Below, piece by piece: positions 11,714 to 23,359 of a stretch of DNA of 64,000 bases (within the stretch, counting starts at the first letter, position 1; each line of letters begins with the position of its first letter). The stretch covers positions 558,001 through 622,000 of the forward strand of contig CBFDEM010000041.1 in the NCBI GenBank assembly GCA_965603825.1, in the 5' to 3' direction. The stretch comes from Blepharisma stoltei ATCC 30299 (taxonomy: Eukaryota; Protista; Ciliophora). The translations under genes and the position numbers were made by a program. The notes beneath the pieces are model-generated. The model saw only the letters and a list, made by a program, of their open reading frames with translations. It had not been told where the DNA came from and did not search any database.

Positions 11714-12128
11714 TGTGACGATTCTGATTGGGTCTACTAAAGATAAGGTACTCCCCACTATAATGATTGCTTTGCTAAGCTTTCTCAATAAGAGCTGAAA
11801 TAAAGCAATTCTATATTATAGAGAATTATAGATATGGCAATTTTTAATTTGATAGAAAAGCTAGCATAGCTAGTAAAAGCATGACAAAATAGCTGCTTTA
11901 ATAAATTCTATAGTAGACAAAATTTTGCAAGCCAAGTACTAATAAAATAAATTATCTTTTTAGATAAAAATTTTATAAGATTTGGTTTATTATAAGATAA
12001 TAAGATTTTAATATCAAATTCAGCATATTTTGTTGTTAAATTATTAGCTTATAAAATTTAAAACAACTAAAAAATAAAAAATCCCATATATAACCATTTT
12101 AATTCTCAGAATACTCCTAAACATAATA

Positions 12129-12545
12129 TTAATTAGCCTTTGTGCTCAATTCTGCGCTATGCTTATCTTTAATGAATTCTGAAATCGGCTGCGAAGATTT
12201 CATCAATTCTTCATAAAAATAATCTGTTTTTGTAAAACCTGCGACTCTCTCAACAAGTTTGCCAGCTATACCAGGGATTGTAAGGAGAATAAAGCTCATC
12301 CCAAAGAGTTTTTTCATTCCAAGAGAATTCCTATTTTTTCGCATGTAAGGTATTACCCCTACAAGGATAAGAAGCCCAAAGCAGATTCTTATTGACGATG
12401 CAACACTTTGGGAGTGATCTTCAAACTGTTCTTTAAGGTTCCTCATAAGTCTTTCCTCGTCTGGATTTGTGCCTGGATATGTCAAAACGACGCTTTTTAT
12501 AAGTTTGTATTTAGCGAATTCTTTCCTGAAGTTTTCGAAGACCAT
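12129..12545 (-). CDS. Hypothetical two-TM membrane protein, 138 aa
   Basis: ATG-to-TAA ORF with two hydrophobic segments. Confidence 0.65.
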   Translation of the reverse strand: MVFENFRKEFAKYKLIKSVVLTYPGTNPDEERLMRNLKEQFEDHSQSVASSIRICFGLLILVGVIPYMRKNRNSLGMKKLFGMSFILLTIPGIAGKLVERVAGFTKTDYFYEELMKSSQPISEFIKDKHSAELSTKAN

Positions 12546-12596
12546 ATTATTTGAAGCTAATTAAAATGCTGCAATGATTTACAAAAGACATCATAA

Positions 12597-13823
12597 ATGG
12601 ACGAAAGTATTGCTCGGGATATTTCAGAGCATTTTAATGTGATAAATAAGCTTGGCGAGGGTGCTTATGCATCTGTATACCACTGCATTTCTCTGAAAAC
12701 AAAAAAAGAGGTTGCCGTCAAAGTTTTGCCAAAGGCTCAAATGAGCGAAAAAGAAATCGCCTTGTCAGTTCAAGAAGTGGAAATTTTGGGAAGCCTGGAC
12801 CATCCTAACATTGTTAAGTTTGAAGGGATCAAGTATTGTGAAAGTGCTTTTTTTCTAGAAATGGAACTACTGAGAGGTGGGACACTTATGAACTTAATTA
12901 ACAGCAGAAAGTTAACTGAGCAGGAGGCTTCTGAAATTATGAAAGGAGTGTTCGAAGGAGTGGCTTATTTTCATGAGAGAAAAATAGTTCATCGGGATCT
13001 AAAGCCTGAAAATATTTTGTTTGCAGAGCCAAACCTAATTAGTTCACTTAAAATTACTGACTTCGGGCTTAGCTCAAATTACAGCTACGATTCTCGTTTA
13101 GATACTAAAACTGGGACAATGATTTATATGGCCCCAGAACAAGTTTTATCTAACTTTTACGGTGAGCAAGTAGATATTTGGAGCTGTGGAATGATATTGT
13201 ACATGCTTATAGTAGGAAGCCATCCTCTTTATGAGCCAGATGATGATACAAGTTCTTATACTTGAAAACTGAAAAACGTTGAATGGAATTTTCCTGATGA
13301 TTTCCCTCCTTTAGCGAAGGACTTATTTTTACGCTGCACTGCAATAAACCCATTTTTACGTTACACAGCTGATTTGGCACTGAATCATCCTTGGATCACT
13401 CGCAAAAATTCAGTCATACCTAAAACGCATTTAGAAGATGTCAGGAATTACCACGATAAGCTTAAAATGAAAACAATCATCATGGAATGCTTAATTCTCT
13501 CAGGAATCCTCCAGCAGCAGTCTCCCGAAATATCCGAAAAATACAAAGAGCTACTCCAACACTTACCCCGCACCCCTGACCCCGAAATGAGCGAAGAGGA
13601 AGAAGAATTCTCCCCACCAAAGAAAATCCAGTCCCTCAACACCGAAACGAAATCTTCATTTTTACGCACCACATTAAAAACAAAATCATTTCTAACTGTC
13701 CCAATGTCAAAATTCGGCCCATCTTCTCCTACTCTTTCCAGATCCAATTCAAATGGGCATCTTCGAGGCATCCAAACTACTAAAAACAAGACCATGGTGA
13801 TTTTAAAAAGAGAGAAAAAGTAG
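12597..13823 (+). CDS. CAMK-group Ser/Thr protein kinase
   Basis: GEGAYASV, VAVK, HRDLKPEN, DFG, APE, DIWSCG and HPW; TGA=Trp at 13263. Confidence 0.93.
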
Positions 13824-13867
13824 CATTATTAATCCATTACATATTTAATAACAATTCCTTTTAAATA

Positions 13868-15583
13868 ATGACTACAGAAAGAAGGAAAAGTCAAACTATT
13901 ATTTCTCCTAGGGCAATTCTGCATAACCCTCCTCATAAACGAACACAAAAAGATATAGAGATTCTGATGAAAGCGACCTCAGGGATTAAATTTTTTCAAG
14001 AAATAACAGAAAGAGAACAATCAAATAAAGTCCATTTAGCTTGCTGCAAAGTCCTTACATATGCAGAATATGAGGCTGATGAGTATATTTTTAGAAAAGG
14101 AGACCCTGGAGATTGTTTGTACTTTATTTTGAAAGGCCAAGTTAGAATTTTACTTCCAAAAGATAGGAAAAAGCCTGTTAGGAACGAAAGTGAGAAAAAA
14201 TTGATTGATGCGCAAAGAAAAAGCGTGCTTGATAATCCGAGAAGAAGCCAGCTTGATATACCAAGAAAGAGCCAACTAGACATAATTCCATTTAGGCCTA
14301 GGGCTGTAACTACAAGGAATATCAATAAAGAGCCTAATTCTCCTGTAACCCCAAATAAAATAAAAGACAGAAAGGATAGTATTGATATATTGAATGTGGT
14401 ATCGACTGAAGAAAGTGAGGTAGATGATGGGCTTATAGAAATTGCGAGGATTGGAGCTGGGCAGTCGTTTGGAGAAATGGCTTTAATTAATGATAAACCT
14501 AGAAACGCCACAGTCCAATGTTTAGAAAAAACAGTTTTAGCTAAACTTAGTAAAGAAGATTATCAGATAGCTGGTTCAGTACACGAAAAAACAATGAACG
14601 AAAAAATTGATTTATTGCGATCTTTGCCTCAGTTCGCCAACTGGACCAAAGTTTCTCTATTTAAGCTCTGCTATTACTTCAGGACTATCAATTTCAAACG
14701 TGGGCAAGTAGTTTACAAAGAAGATGGCCCTGTAAACGAAGTTTACATAATAAAAGAAGGTGAGTTTAAATACACAAAAAAATACCAACTGCCTTTATCT
14801 AATGCTTTTAACCCTTATGATCTTCCTATAAGTTCATCAAGATCTAACAATTCTTTTAATAAGCTTAGAAAGCAAAATCACTTATTCAGAACCAAAGAAC
14901 TTCAAATTGTAATAAAACAAAAAGGACAAATGTTTGGATTTGAAGAAATTCTCCAGCATAAAAATACAAGGGAATATACTTGTACATGCATTTCAAATGA
15001 TGGAGAATTATTCGTCATTTCTGAAAAAGATTTCAGTAAGAGGGTCGCGCACCCAGAAACAATGAAATATTTGGAGGAAAGCAATGAGATATTTAAGACA
15101 TGGGCTGATAGAAGAATTGATGAGCTGCATGACCTGGAAGGGTTCAAAGATGGAATGGCTTTTACTCCGAATAATAAAATAAGGCCTGATTCTGAGTCTC
15201 CAAAGCGAAGCTATACACCAAGGGTGGCTTATAAGCCCTATGAAGTATACATCTCTCCTGCTAAACCTCTGCCAAAAATTTTTTACCAGAGATCTCCAAA
15301 GCCAGCTGCTGATATTTCATTTGATTCTCCGCTTAAGTATCATAAAAAGAATTTGGACTATGATCCAGGAGATAGCTCATACTACACTATGTTCGAAACT
15401 GAGGTCCCAGAAGACATTTCTATCAGTCCTTACAAAACTCCAAACAATAAATTCAGAAGCACATACATGGCTGACGACCAATCCATTACAAAATCTTTTC
15501 ATAAACCAATAAGGCTACTTCCTGCAACAAGATCGAGAAAACGGAAGCAGGACGAGAATATTGCAAATAAATCCTTTATGTAA
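13868..15583 (+). CDS. Protein with two cyclic-nucleotide-binding domains
   Basis: FGEMAL...PRNATV in the first CNB domain; second CNB domain with FGFEE. Confidence 0.88.
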   Translation: MTTERRKSQTIISPRAILHNPPHKRTQKDIEILMKATSGIKFFQEITEREQSNKVHLACCKVLTYAEYEADEYIFRKGDPGDCLYFILKGQVRILLPKDRKKPVRNESEKKLIDAQRKSVLDNPRRSQLDIPRKSQLDIIPFRPRAVTTRNINKEPNSPVTPNKIKDRKDSIDILNVVSTEESEVDDGLIEIARIGAGQSFGEMALINDKPRNATVQCLEKTVLAKLSKEDYQIAGSVHEKTMNEKIDLLRSLPQFANWTKVSLFKLCYYFRTINFKRGQVVYKEDGPVNEVYIIKEGEFKYTKKYQLPLSNAFNPYDLPISSSRSNNSFNKLRKQNHLFRTKELQIVIKQKGQMFGFEEILQHKNTREYTCTCISNDGELFVISEKDFSKRVAHPETMKYLEESNEIFKTWADRRIDELHDLEGFKDGMAFTPNNKIRPDSESPKRSYTPRVAYKPYEVYISPAKPLPKIFYQRSPKPAADISFDSPLKYHKKNLDYDPGDSSYYTMFETEVPEDISISPYKTPNNKFRSTYMADDQSITKSFHKPIRLLPATRSRKRKQDENIANKSFM

Positions 15584-15625
15584 AATACTTTTATATTAAA
15601 TGATGGCATTTTAATAAAACTGCAA

Positions 15626-16699
15626 ATGGGTTGCTGTGCTGCACATGAGAGATCCATGGGTCTTTCCAAATACAACATGAAAATGAAAGACTATATCGAC
15701 AGAAATCATATAAAAAACGTCCACAAGCTCGCCAAAATTTTAAAAGATAAAGGCACTCTTAATGATCGGGTCGCCATTATTAAAGGAATTTTTGTGAATG
15801 CTTTAGGCTATGCCTTGTATTTAGGTAAAACTGAGATCTTTATAGCTCTGCACAAATTTCATAAAGCTGATGTACTTATTATGGAAAATTTGTTTGAAAG
15901 CCAACACACAAGTGGGATGGAAATAATATGTAAACATGGGACAATAGACCTATTAGAGTATTATCTTCCTATTTATTTAAAAAATTACCAAGCCAAGCCT
16001 GCTCAAAAAGCAATAGAAAGTTTGACAGTCGATTTTGAAAAGCCACAATTAATAGAATTCAATGATGGTTCCACATATACCCCGCTGCACATTGCTTGTG
16101 AAAAGGGACATATAAGCATAGTTTCTTATATTTATAACTATTTTAAGGACTTGAAAAACTACCCAGTAGAGCTTGATATTGAGTATCAAGATGAAAAAAC
16201 AGGTGAAAATTGTGCACTAATTGCGTGCAGGATTGGGCATTATGCAATGATAAAATTTTTACATGAGACATGTGATGCTAATTTTAAAGCCCTAAATAAA
16301 AAGAATGAAGGCGCAATACAAATTTGTGCGGCAGCAAGCAAGAAAATGCCACTAAAAGCATACTATGAATGCATTACTTATCTGGTCGAACAGGTTGGGC
16401 TAGACATAAGCTATAAATATGAAGAAACTTTGCTATTGACAGATAGCAGACCTATATCAAAATATATAGAAAACCAGCTCAAAAAAGTAGGAATTAACGT
16501 TACAAAGGAAGAATTAGAAAGAGCCTGCTCACTTGAAAGACATATAAGGGCAGAAGACTATGAAAATCACGAATGTGCAGAGCTTGATCTAAAAAACCTT
16601 CTTGAGAATAATGATAGCACACTAAAAAGCATGCCAAGTGACATTGAAAGCTCAAGTGGCAGCAAAAGTCCATTTAATGGATCCTTTGCAAAAATATAA
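15626..16699 (+). CDS. Ankyrin-repeat protein with N-terminal MGCC acylation motif
   Basis: YTPLHIACEKGH and GENCALIACRIGH repeats; starts MGCC. Confidence 0.85.
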   Translation: MGCCAAHERSMGLSKYNMKMKDYIDRNHIKNVHKLAKILKDKGTLNDRVAIIKGIFVNALGYALYLGKTEIFIALHKFHKADVLIMENLFESQHTSGMEIICKHGTIDLLEYYLPIYLKNYQAKPAQKAIESLTVDFEKPQLIEFNDGSTYTPLHIACEKGHISIVSYIYNYFKDLKNYPVELDIEYQDEKTGENCALIACRIGHYAMIKFLHETCDANFKALNKKNEGAIQICAAASKKMPLKAYYECITYLVEQVGLDISYKYEETLLLTDSRPISKYIENQLKKVGINVTKEELERACSLERHIRAEDYENHECAELDLKNLLENNDSTLKSMPSDIESSSGSKSPFNGSFAKI

Positions 16700-16732
16700 A
16701 TAAATTACCAGTTTTCTAATAATTTTATAAAA

Positions 16733-17263
16733 ATGATAAAAGAAGTCCCGAGATATCGCAGTGGGATTTTTTGCAGAGAAAATGCAGAGCTGAGGATTAT
16801 GTCTGGGACTTCACTGAGTGGTAATGGTAAAATAGTGTTTTGTTCAGGGAATTTTGCGTTAATGACTGCTTTGATCAGCGAGCTCACGTATGCTGAGACT
16901 GCATTTTATGTAGGTAAATATTCATTTGGAGCTTTAGCAATATCTCCAATTTATTTTTTCACAAACGAAATCATCACAACTCAATTAAAAAACATTGGAA
17001 TTAACAATTTTTATATATCTCATACAATTTCAGCAGGGCTTTGCATGCCATTATTTGGAGCTTTTCAATGTAAAATCTAATTAGACTATATTCGAAAGTT
17101 GAATTTTGCAGAATCTAAGAGTTTATCTTACCGATACATAGGCACTTTATGCTGCGGAGCTTTAATTTTTGATGCGATTTTATCTACAACCAAGCATCTT
17201 GCGCTTGGGAATATAAGTTTTGACAAGATTTCCTCATTTTTTAGCAGAGCCAAAACAAATTAA
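16733..17263 (+). CDS. Hypothetical multi-pass membrane protein
   Basis: The ORF extends past the TAA at 17078 once intron 17070-17084 is removed, and stays open to TAA at 17261-17263. Confidence 0.7.
17070..17084 (+). other. 15-nt intron (phase 1)
   Basis: gtaaaatctaattag; contains the in-frame TAA. Confidence 0.82.
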
Positions 17264-17312
17264 TTATTATTATTACATAAGAATTAAATCTATTTAAATA
17301 ATTTGTTTTATC

Positions 17313-18725
17313 CTAGAAAGATGTGGTAGGCATATTAACGCCCATATAGGAAAGCTTATTTTTTCGCTTTTTCTTTTTCTTATCTGTAAACTGTATTAAG
17401 TCAGATTTCGTATTGTCAAAATGAGGAGATAGATGCTCCCAATACATCAAAAGTGCTACACAGATCCCTACAAGAAATCCTACATTAATTAGCATGACCA
17501 GCTTTACAGAGACTTCTAATGATTTAATGGCTGAAAAAGGGCTAATTGTCCGAGATAGCAAACCTGAAGCTAAGGTCATGCCCATATAGAACCCAGCTGG
17601 ATGTGGTCCTATAATTTTCGAATAAATACTAAATAAAACGTTTCTTGCCATTGCAAAATGACAAGAAATTAAGCCAAACCCAAGCAAAAACAACCCAATT
17701 GGAATATGCCGTTCATTATAATCAACGAGCATTGCCCACCCAAAAATCCCTAAAACTAAGGACAGCAAAAATATTCCGCGGTCGCTAAGCTTATTATCAA
17801 GCCAATTAACAATTGCAAGTGATAAAATGCTTATTACCCCAGCCCCTGCAAATAATAAATAAGTCGAAAACAAGCTTCAGCCAAACGACTCAGTAAATTT
17901 CTATATATTTTTTACATTTATGTGGTCAGTGACTAGTGGAGATGTAATAGTTTCTTGCACTGTAAATCCATAAAAAATTACAAAACAAGCTACGCAGCAG
18001 TAAATTACCCCAATTCTATCTGGTTTTGAATAATTTGTAACTGGTAGCTGCCCACGCTCTGGTCTTTCTGAAAAAGGAACTTCTTTGAAAAAGAAATAAT
18101 TAATGATAATCATAATCAGTGACACAAATGCTTGAAAATATCCTGGATACGTATAAGAATCCACCTGCACATCAAAGAAAATTGAAATATCTATGAATGT
18201 CACAATCATCCCAAAAACTGGGCCTAGTATATACCCACAAATATTTGCGATCCCAAGTTCGCTTAAAGCTTTTAGTTTTGAGGTTGAAGAGACCACTTCT
18301 GATATATAGGCTTGCTGCGAAGCCTGCTGGCCTCCACTTCAAATACCCTGCATCATCCTTGCTAGCATAATGATATATAGAACTACATTTCCAGATAAAT
18401 AATCTGCTGAAAAATACATGATGCTGCCTAGCAGTCCAAATGCCAAAGCCGATATCAAGGAAACCTTTGTTCCTAAATAATCAGATAAAATTCCAAAAAA
18501 CATAGACCCAATTACCTCTCCGACTGAATAAATTGATAGGACAATAGCCAAAAAAGAGTGCTCTCCTTCGTTATCTTGTATATAAAGCCATATTGAAGGG
18601 AGGACCAAAGCAAAAGAGACACCAGCTGTGAATACGTTGAAATAAAATAGGATGAGGAAAGAATAATGAGTCCTCCACGATTTTCGCTTTACTTTTGAAG
18701 GGAGGGCAATGTAGTCAGCTTGCAT
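17313..18725 (-). CDS. MFS transporter (MFSD8/CLN7-like)
   Basis: Motif A-like FGILSDYLG, ARMMQGIW, GYILGP and about 12 TM segments. TGA=Trp at 18339 and 17877; intron at 17901-17915. Confidence 0.9.
17901..17915 (-). other. 15-nt intron
   Basis: GTAAAAAATATATAG on the minus strand; removes an in-frame TAG. Confidence 0.9.
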
Positions 18726-18745
18726 ATTTAGGTAGGATTTATTTA

Positions 18746-19579
18746 TTAAAAATATAGCATGAAATAGAAACTGGAAGGGAGCAGGAAAAGGAGGGAGGTT
18801 GATGATAGTTTGTCGACGCCGTCAAAGTAGATAATGATTCTGCTGCCGGGAGCTTGGATTTCTCGGTTATTCCCGTTGCCTTCGGCGAAATCTGTATTGT
18901 TTTGCCATTGGCTGCTAAAAAAATCATGCTGAGGTTTGTCCATCTTTTGGATTTGAGGCCAGATGAGCCAACCAATATCTTCAGTGCAGGGTGGTACTGT
19001 ATATGAGCCTTCGTAAAAATAAAAATTGTAAATTTTTTCAATGCTTTCAAATGCATTTCCTACATCAATTTTCAGCGTTTTGCCTTCTGATTCAATTACG
19101 TCTTTGAGAAATTTGCTTGTTTGGTTTGATTCTTGGTAGAAGACTGATAAAATATAGGAGAATTCGTCTGTTTCGCCATCGCTTAAGAAAATTTGCATTT
19201 CCAAGTCAAATTGTTTATCTTGGATGTAGTGTTCTGAAGGAGAATGGAGCTCAATTTTTGTCGAAAAAAGCTTGATTTCGTCATTTTTACCTGTGCCAAG
19301 TATAACTCCTCCGAAGTTTCCTAGTAGCTGATAAGATGTATTTGTAAATAAGCCAGTTGATGCTGCAAGGAGAAATTCAAGAGATAAGGAAGATGAGATG
19401 GCTGAGTCCTTTTCGATGAAATCTGCATCAGAAGATTTCAAGTTTATTGGGGACTGAATGTGACCAGTTTTGCAGAGTCCTTCCCAGTCTTTGCCACTGT
19501 TGATGTAATTTTCTGCGCTTGCAATGCTCAGCAAACATAAAAATTCAAATAAGAGCATAATGGTTTTTATTACAGACAT
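18746..19579 (-). CDS. Secreted or GPI-anchored alpha/eta-type carbonic-anhydrase-like protein
   Basis: Signal peptide, QSPINL, LHSPSEH, EMQIF, YEGSYTVPPCTE, NNREIQ and a hydrophobic C-terminal tail. Confidence 0.88.
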   Translation of the reverse strand: MSVIKTIMLLFEFLCLLSIASAENYINSGKDWEGLCKTGHIQSPINLKSSDADFIEKDSAISSSLSLEFLLAASTGLFTNTSYQLLGNFGGVILGTGKNDEIKLFSTKIELHSPSEHYIQDKQFDLEMQIFLSDGETDEFSYILSVFYQESNQTSKFLKDVIESEGKTLKIDVGNAFESIEKIYNFYFYEGSYTVPPCTEDIGWLIWPQIQKMDKPQHDFFSSQWQNNTDFAEGNGNNREIQAPGSRIIIYFDGVDKLSSTSLLFLLPSSFYFMLYF

Positions 19580-20050
19580 TTTAGGCTAGACCCATAAGAA
19601 ACATTTTTGAAGTTGTTTTTATTTATTGCTAGTATAAGTAGCTATCTTGAGATGCTGAGTTCACTGAGGATGATAAGGGGCTTAATAAATATTAAACTCA
19701 TTTTTAAGGTAGAGAGAACCAATTTTAGTCTTCTACCTTCAAACTTAAACTAAAAGAAACTTTAATAGATCAAATCAAAAAGTCTAGCTAACTTAAGGAG
19801 TTCAATTTCTCCATTTATAGCCAATTTTTTAATAAAATTTTTTAATATAAAATAATCCTCCTTAAAACAGTTAATTTTCTCTACTTTTGCTAATTGGCCG
19901 CTTTAGTTGTCTCTAAGCCTAGCTTTATATTTAAATTAATCTTTCTTCTTCCTTTTCTATAAGCAAGTAATTAAGTTTTGAATTTCAAGTGAATTTGCGA
20001 AACCGATGAATAATCAAATAAACAATTTAATATATATACCATAATAATTA

Positions 20051-20980
20051 ATGTCCCAAAGCCTACAAATGACTCCTAAAGCTCAGAGTCTCTCATTGGC
20101 TTCATCACCTAGTTATTTCTCCTCCAATAACCTAGATGAGTACAAAAACATGACAATGCTTGATAATTCCAATTTAAGTCCACTATCAGAGACAGAACAA
20201 ATAAAGTCCAGGGTCTCTTCAAATGACTTCTATAATGAAGATTTGCGGGCAAAATGCCAATCCTGTGGGAGAAAGTTCTTTTCTGACCGAATTGACAAGC
20301 ATCAACAAGCCTGTTTCCAAGTCCAAAAAAAACGTCCTAAATTTAAAATCCTTGAAAAAATCCTACCTCAAATAGAAAGGAGAGAAGAAAAACAGCAAAA
20401 ACCTAGGAGGTCTCCTCTAAAAGAATACAAAGATAAAAACTGATATAAAAAGCATCAGGATTTTATTAATAAAATCAAGATTCTTGATATTAGCACAATT
20501 GTTGAAGAAAATGCCGGGGATTTCGCAATTAATTCGCCAACGAGTTTGGAAGATACATACACACAATGCCCGCATTGTGGGAGAAGGTTTGCGCCTCTTC
20601 CAGCCGAAAGGCATATTCCTAAATGCAAGGATATTATAAATAAGCCTAAGCCTTTGAGAATAGTGTTGAAGGATAAAATTAGTCTCCCGAATATTTACTT
20701 TTCTTATAACAAAAATAATGACAATGAATCAGGGTCTCTAAACAGTTCAAGCAAGATTTCTATATTTAGCTCTTCCAAGACAAGGAAGATTTCCCCTGAA
20801 TCAGAAGATTTTAAATATATGATACAGAAATTAACAATGGAAGAAAAAATAAAAGATTCCATTAAAAGAAGATACACAGTAAAGCACATTCTTTGTACAC
20901 AGTGTAACTCATTTTTATCAGTGGGTGCAAATTTCTGCAGCATGTGCGGTACGAAACAAAGTTTTAAACCAAGTTATTAG
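20051..20980 (+). CDS. C2HC zinc-finger protein (ZC2HC1-like)
   Basis: CQSCGRKF..H...C and CPHCGRRF..AERHIPKC; linker WYKKHQDF with W=TGA at 20441; C-terminal double zinc ribbon. Confidence 0.85.
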
Positions 20981-21018
20981 AGTGATTTATTATAAAATAA
21001 AAAATTGCAATTTACAGG

Positions 21019-22317
21019 CTAATTAATTCTTTTGCATCCATGGGCTTGTTTACTGGTGCAATAGCAACAAGTCCAGCATTTGGCATTAACTCTCCATTTT
21101 CCAGGGTGGTATAGTTTTCGTGTCATTTCGAGCTCAGAGAGAAGATCTTCTCTCCTCATTTTTATCAGTTCAAATTTCCTTATTTTTAAACGCTTTTCCA
21201 TTTCAAGCTTCTTTATTTTTTCTTTAGAATCCCTACTACTGCTTTCATAAACTTTTTGAATAAAATTTGAAAAAGACTCAAGAATATTGCTTCTTGAGCC
21301 TTCCTCCAGCTTATTTTTAAATGTGTTCGTATAGCTACATATTTCACTGCAGGTACCTGAGTTTTGTCATTTATTTTTTCTTATGAAAAAATTTTTGCAG
21401 AGTCCAGCATTGCATTTCACAGTTTTATATAAGCAATTAATTCTATGCAATTCCAGTTCTTTAAATGACCCTATAAAAGAGCACCCAAATTCAAAACGCG
21501 AACATTTAAGCTTAAACTTGTTATAAATCCTCAATACATATGCAGAGGGATCTCGGAAAGCCAATTCATTGCAACCGTATGGACATTCTTTTAGAGTAAT
21601 TGAGCAAAATTCACAAAATAAATGCTCACAGTTTGCACATTCTTTAGGCTTTTTTACAATTTCTTTACAAACAAAACATATAAAATGATCATCTATCTGG
21701 CTAATTCTAGCTTTAGAATGGCCAGTCTTTGCTTTAAGCTTTTTCTTTATTATTCTTTCTGAAGACTCTCCTGTTATTCATTCAATACTTTTATCAGAAA
21801 ATTGAGAATTTATAGTCAATTTTAGCGACGCATAAAAAGAGAGATCAACACATAAAGGACTTTGAGGCTTTTTTAAAGGAAAAAATTCTGCTTTAACCAC
21901 AACAATATTGTTGCACATTAGAGCATTGTCAAAATTTGGTATAATATCAGGTGTAATGTTAGAAGCCTTATTTAAGCTGCTTGCATGGTCATCTTTTGAT
22001 ATTTCTATATTTACCAGCGGCTTTATTTTTACTTCAAATGATTTAGTTTTAAATCAATAAGACTTAGGCACATAAGAATAATAAGCTTTTAGTATTGAGC
22101 AATAAAGAGATGATCCTATGAAGCATGGAGAAAGCTTTGGTAACGGGATTTCGACTGGCTTGATTATAGGTTTAGGCAAGATCCTATAAGTTCGGATGGA
22201 GCAGACACAGTAATTTGCTTCATTCTTTCGTTCTTTGGTTTTGGTTTCAATTAAATAGCTTCGACTGAATACATCATAGTGTTTTATAAAAGTATTGGTA
22301 TCAAATTTTGCTTTCAT
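21019..22317 (-). CDS. RING finger + TRAF-like Zn finger + coiled coil + Btk motif protein, 432 aa
   Basis: CFVCKE..ECANCEHLFCEFC..CPYGC, KCSRFEFGC..H..NC and C-terminal YHPGKW..WTCC..AHGC. Three TGA=Trp codons and no TAA/TAG in frame. Confidence 0.82.
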
Positions 22318-23359
22318 TTATATGTTATTGCATTTCAAACATTATAAAACCTATTGATATATAATTATTTATGAGATAGATACATTTTATAGGCTATATG
22401 ACATTAGCATTATAGTTCGATACTGAGTCACAGAAATTTATAAGTTTCCTTTTTAAGAATAAAGGCGAATATCAAAAGGGACTTTAGAGCTTGCTAGATG
22501 GGAGCGAGCACAAAGGAGATGTGCTTCCCACAAAGGAAGCAATTTGGTTTGACTCTCAATAGCCATAGCAAAATCTATCTTTAATCTAATCCTCATCCTA
22601 GTTTCAATATTAAAATCAAACAGAAAAATTAGTTATGTACTTTTATGAAAGAAAAATTATTAAAACGAATGTTGATATTATTATTACATATGACCATTAA
22701 TTAAGATAAATCATTTTTGATGGAGATTAAAAACAAAAAATTAGAATGCCATTGCTAAGGTAGCTGCTATTCTATTTTAATATATTATATACAATCCCAT
22801 ATAAAATAATACTCCCGCGTGCGGAATATAACTCGTTGCTTCAATTTTCAAAGTATTCTTCCTGGAAAAATCAATGTAGAGTGATCAAAGTCAAGCTCTA
22901 AAAATTGATATAAATAAGTATTCCTGGTAAGATTGCAAATGTCACACCATTTAGATATATCTACCTCCCTCATTCATGAACGTGCAAAACCGATAGAAAA
23001 ATTCGTATTTTTAAGAGAAAAAATTATAAAAAATTTAATATATTTAATATTTAAGTCATATTTATTAATATGAAATCATTAATTAATTTTGCTTAAATTT
23101 AAACAGATAAAAATAAATTTTAAAAATTACGAAAAAAAATTTATTATTTAAAAAGAAAAATTGTTATAAATAAGATAATTTTTTTTAACTTAATATTAAT
23201 TTATTTGTTTAGAATTTACACAGATAGTGATTTACAATTGATCTCAATTATAGAGTTAATTTCTAATATAATTAAAAATTAAATACTGTAGTCTATTTAA
23301 GTGAATATGAGTAAATTTTTCTCTTTAATAGCGGTATTCGAAATCCATTTTTAAATATT

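Noticed and set aside
13996-14511. Antisense or alternate-frame ORFs in the track (for example 13996-14511, 25691-26011, 27640-28281, 29824-30210, 56817-57116)
   Set aside because: They are shadows of real genes, typically Phe/Ser/Leu-rich with no motifs.
23331-23345. CHR-like TTCGAA/TTTGAA elements upstream of kinesin-8, PKG and the Cdc7-like kinase
   Set aside because: The hexamer is too frequent in AT-rich DNA to support without an enrichment test.
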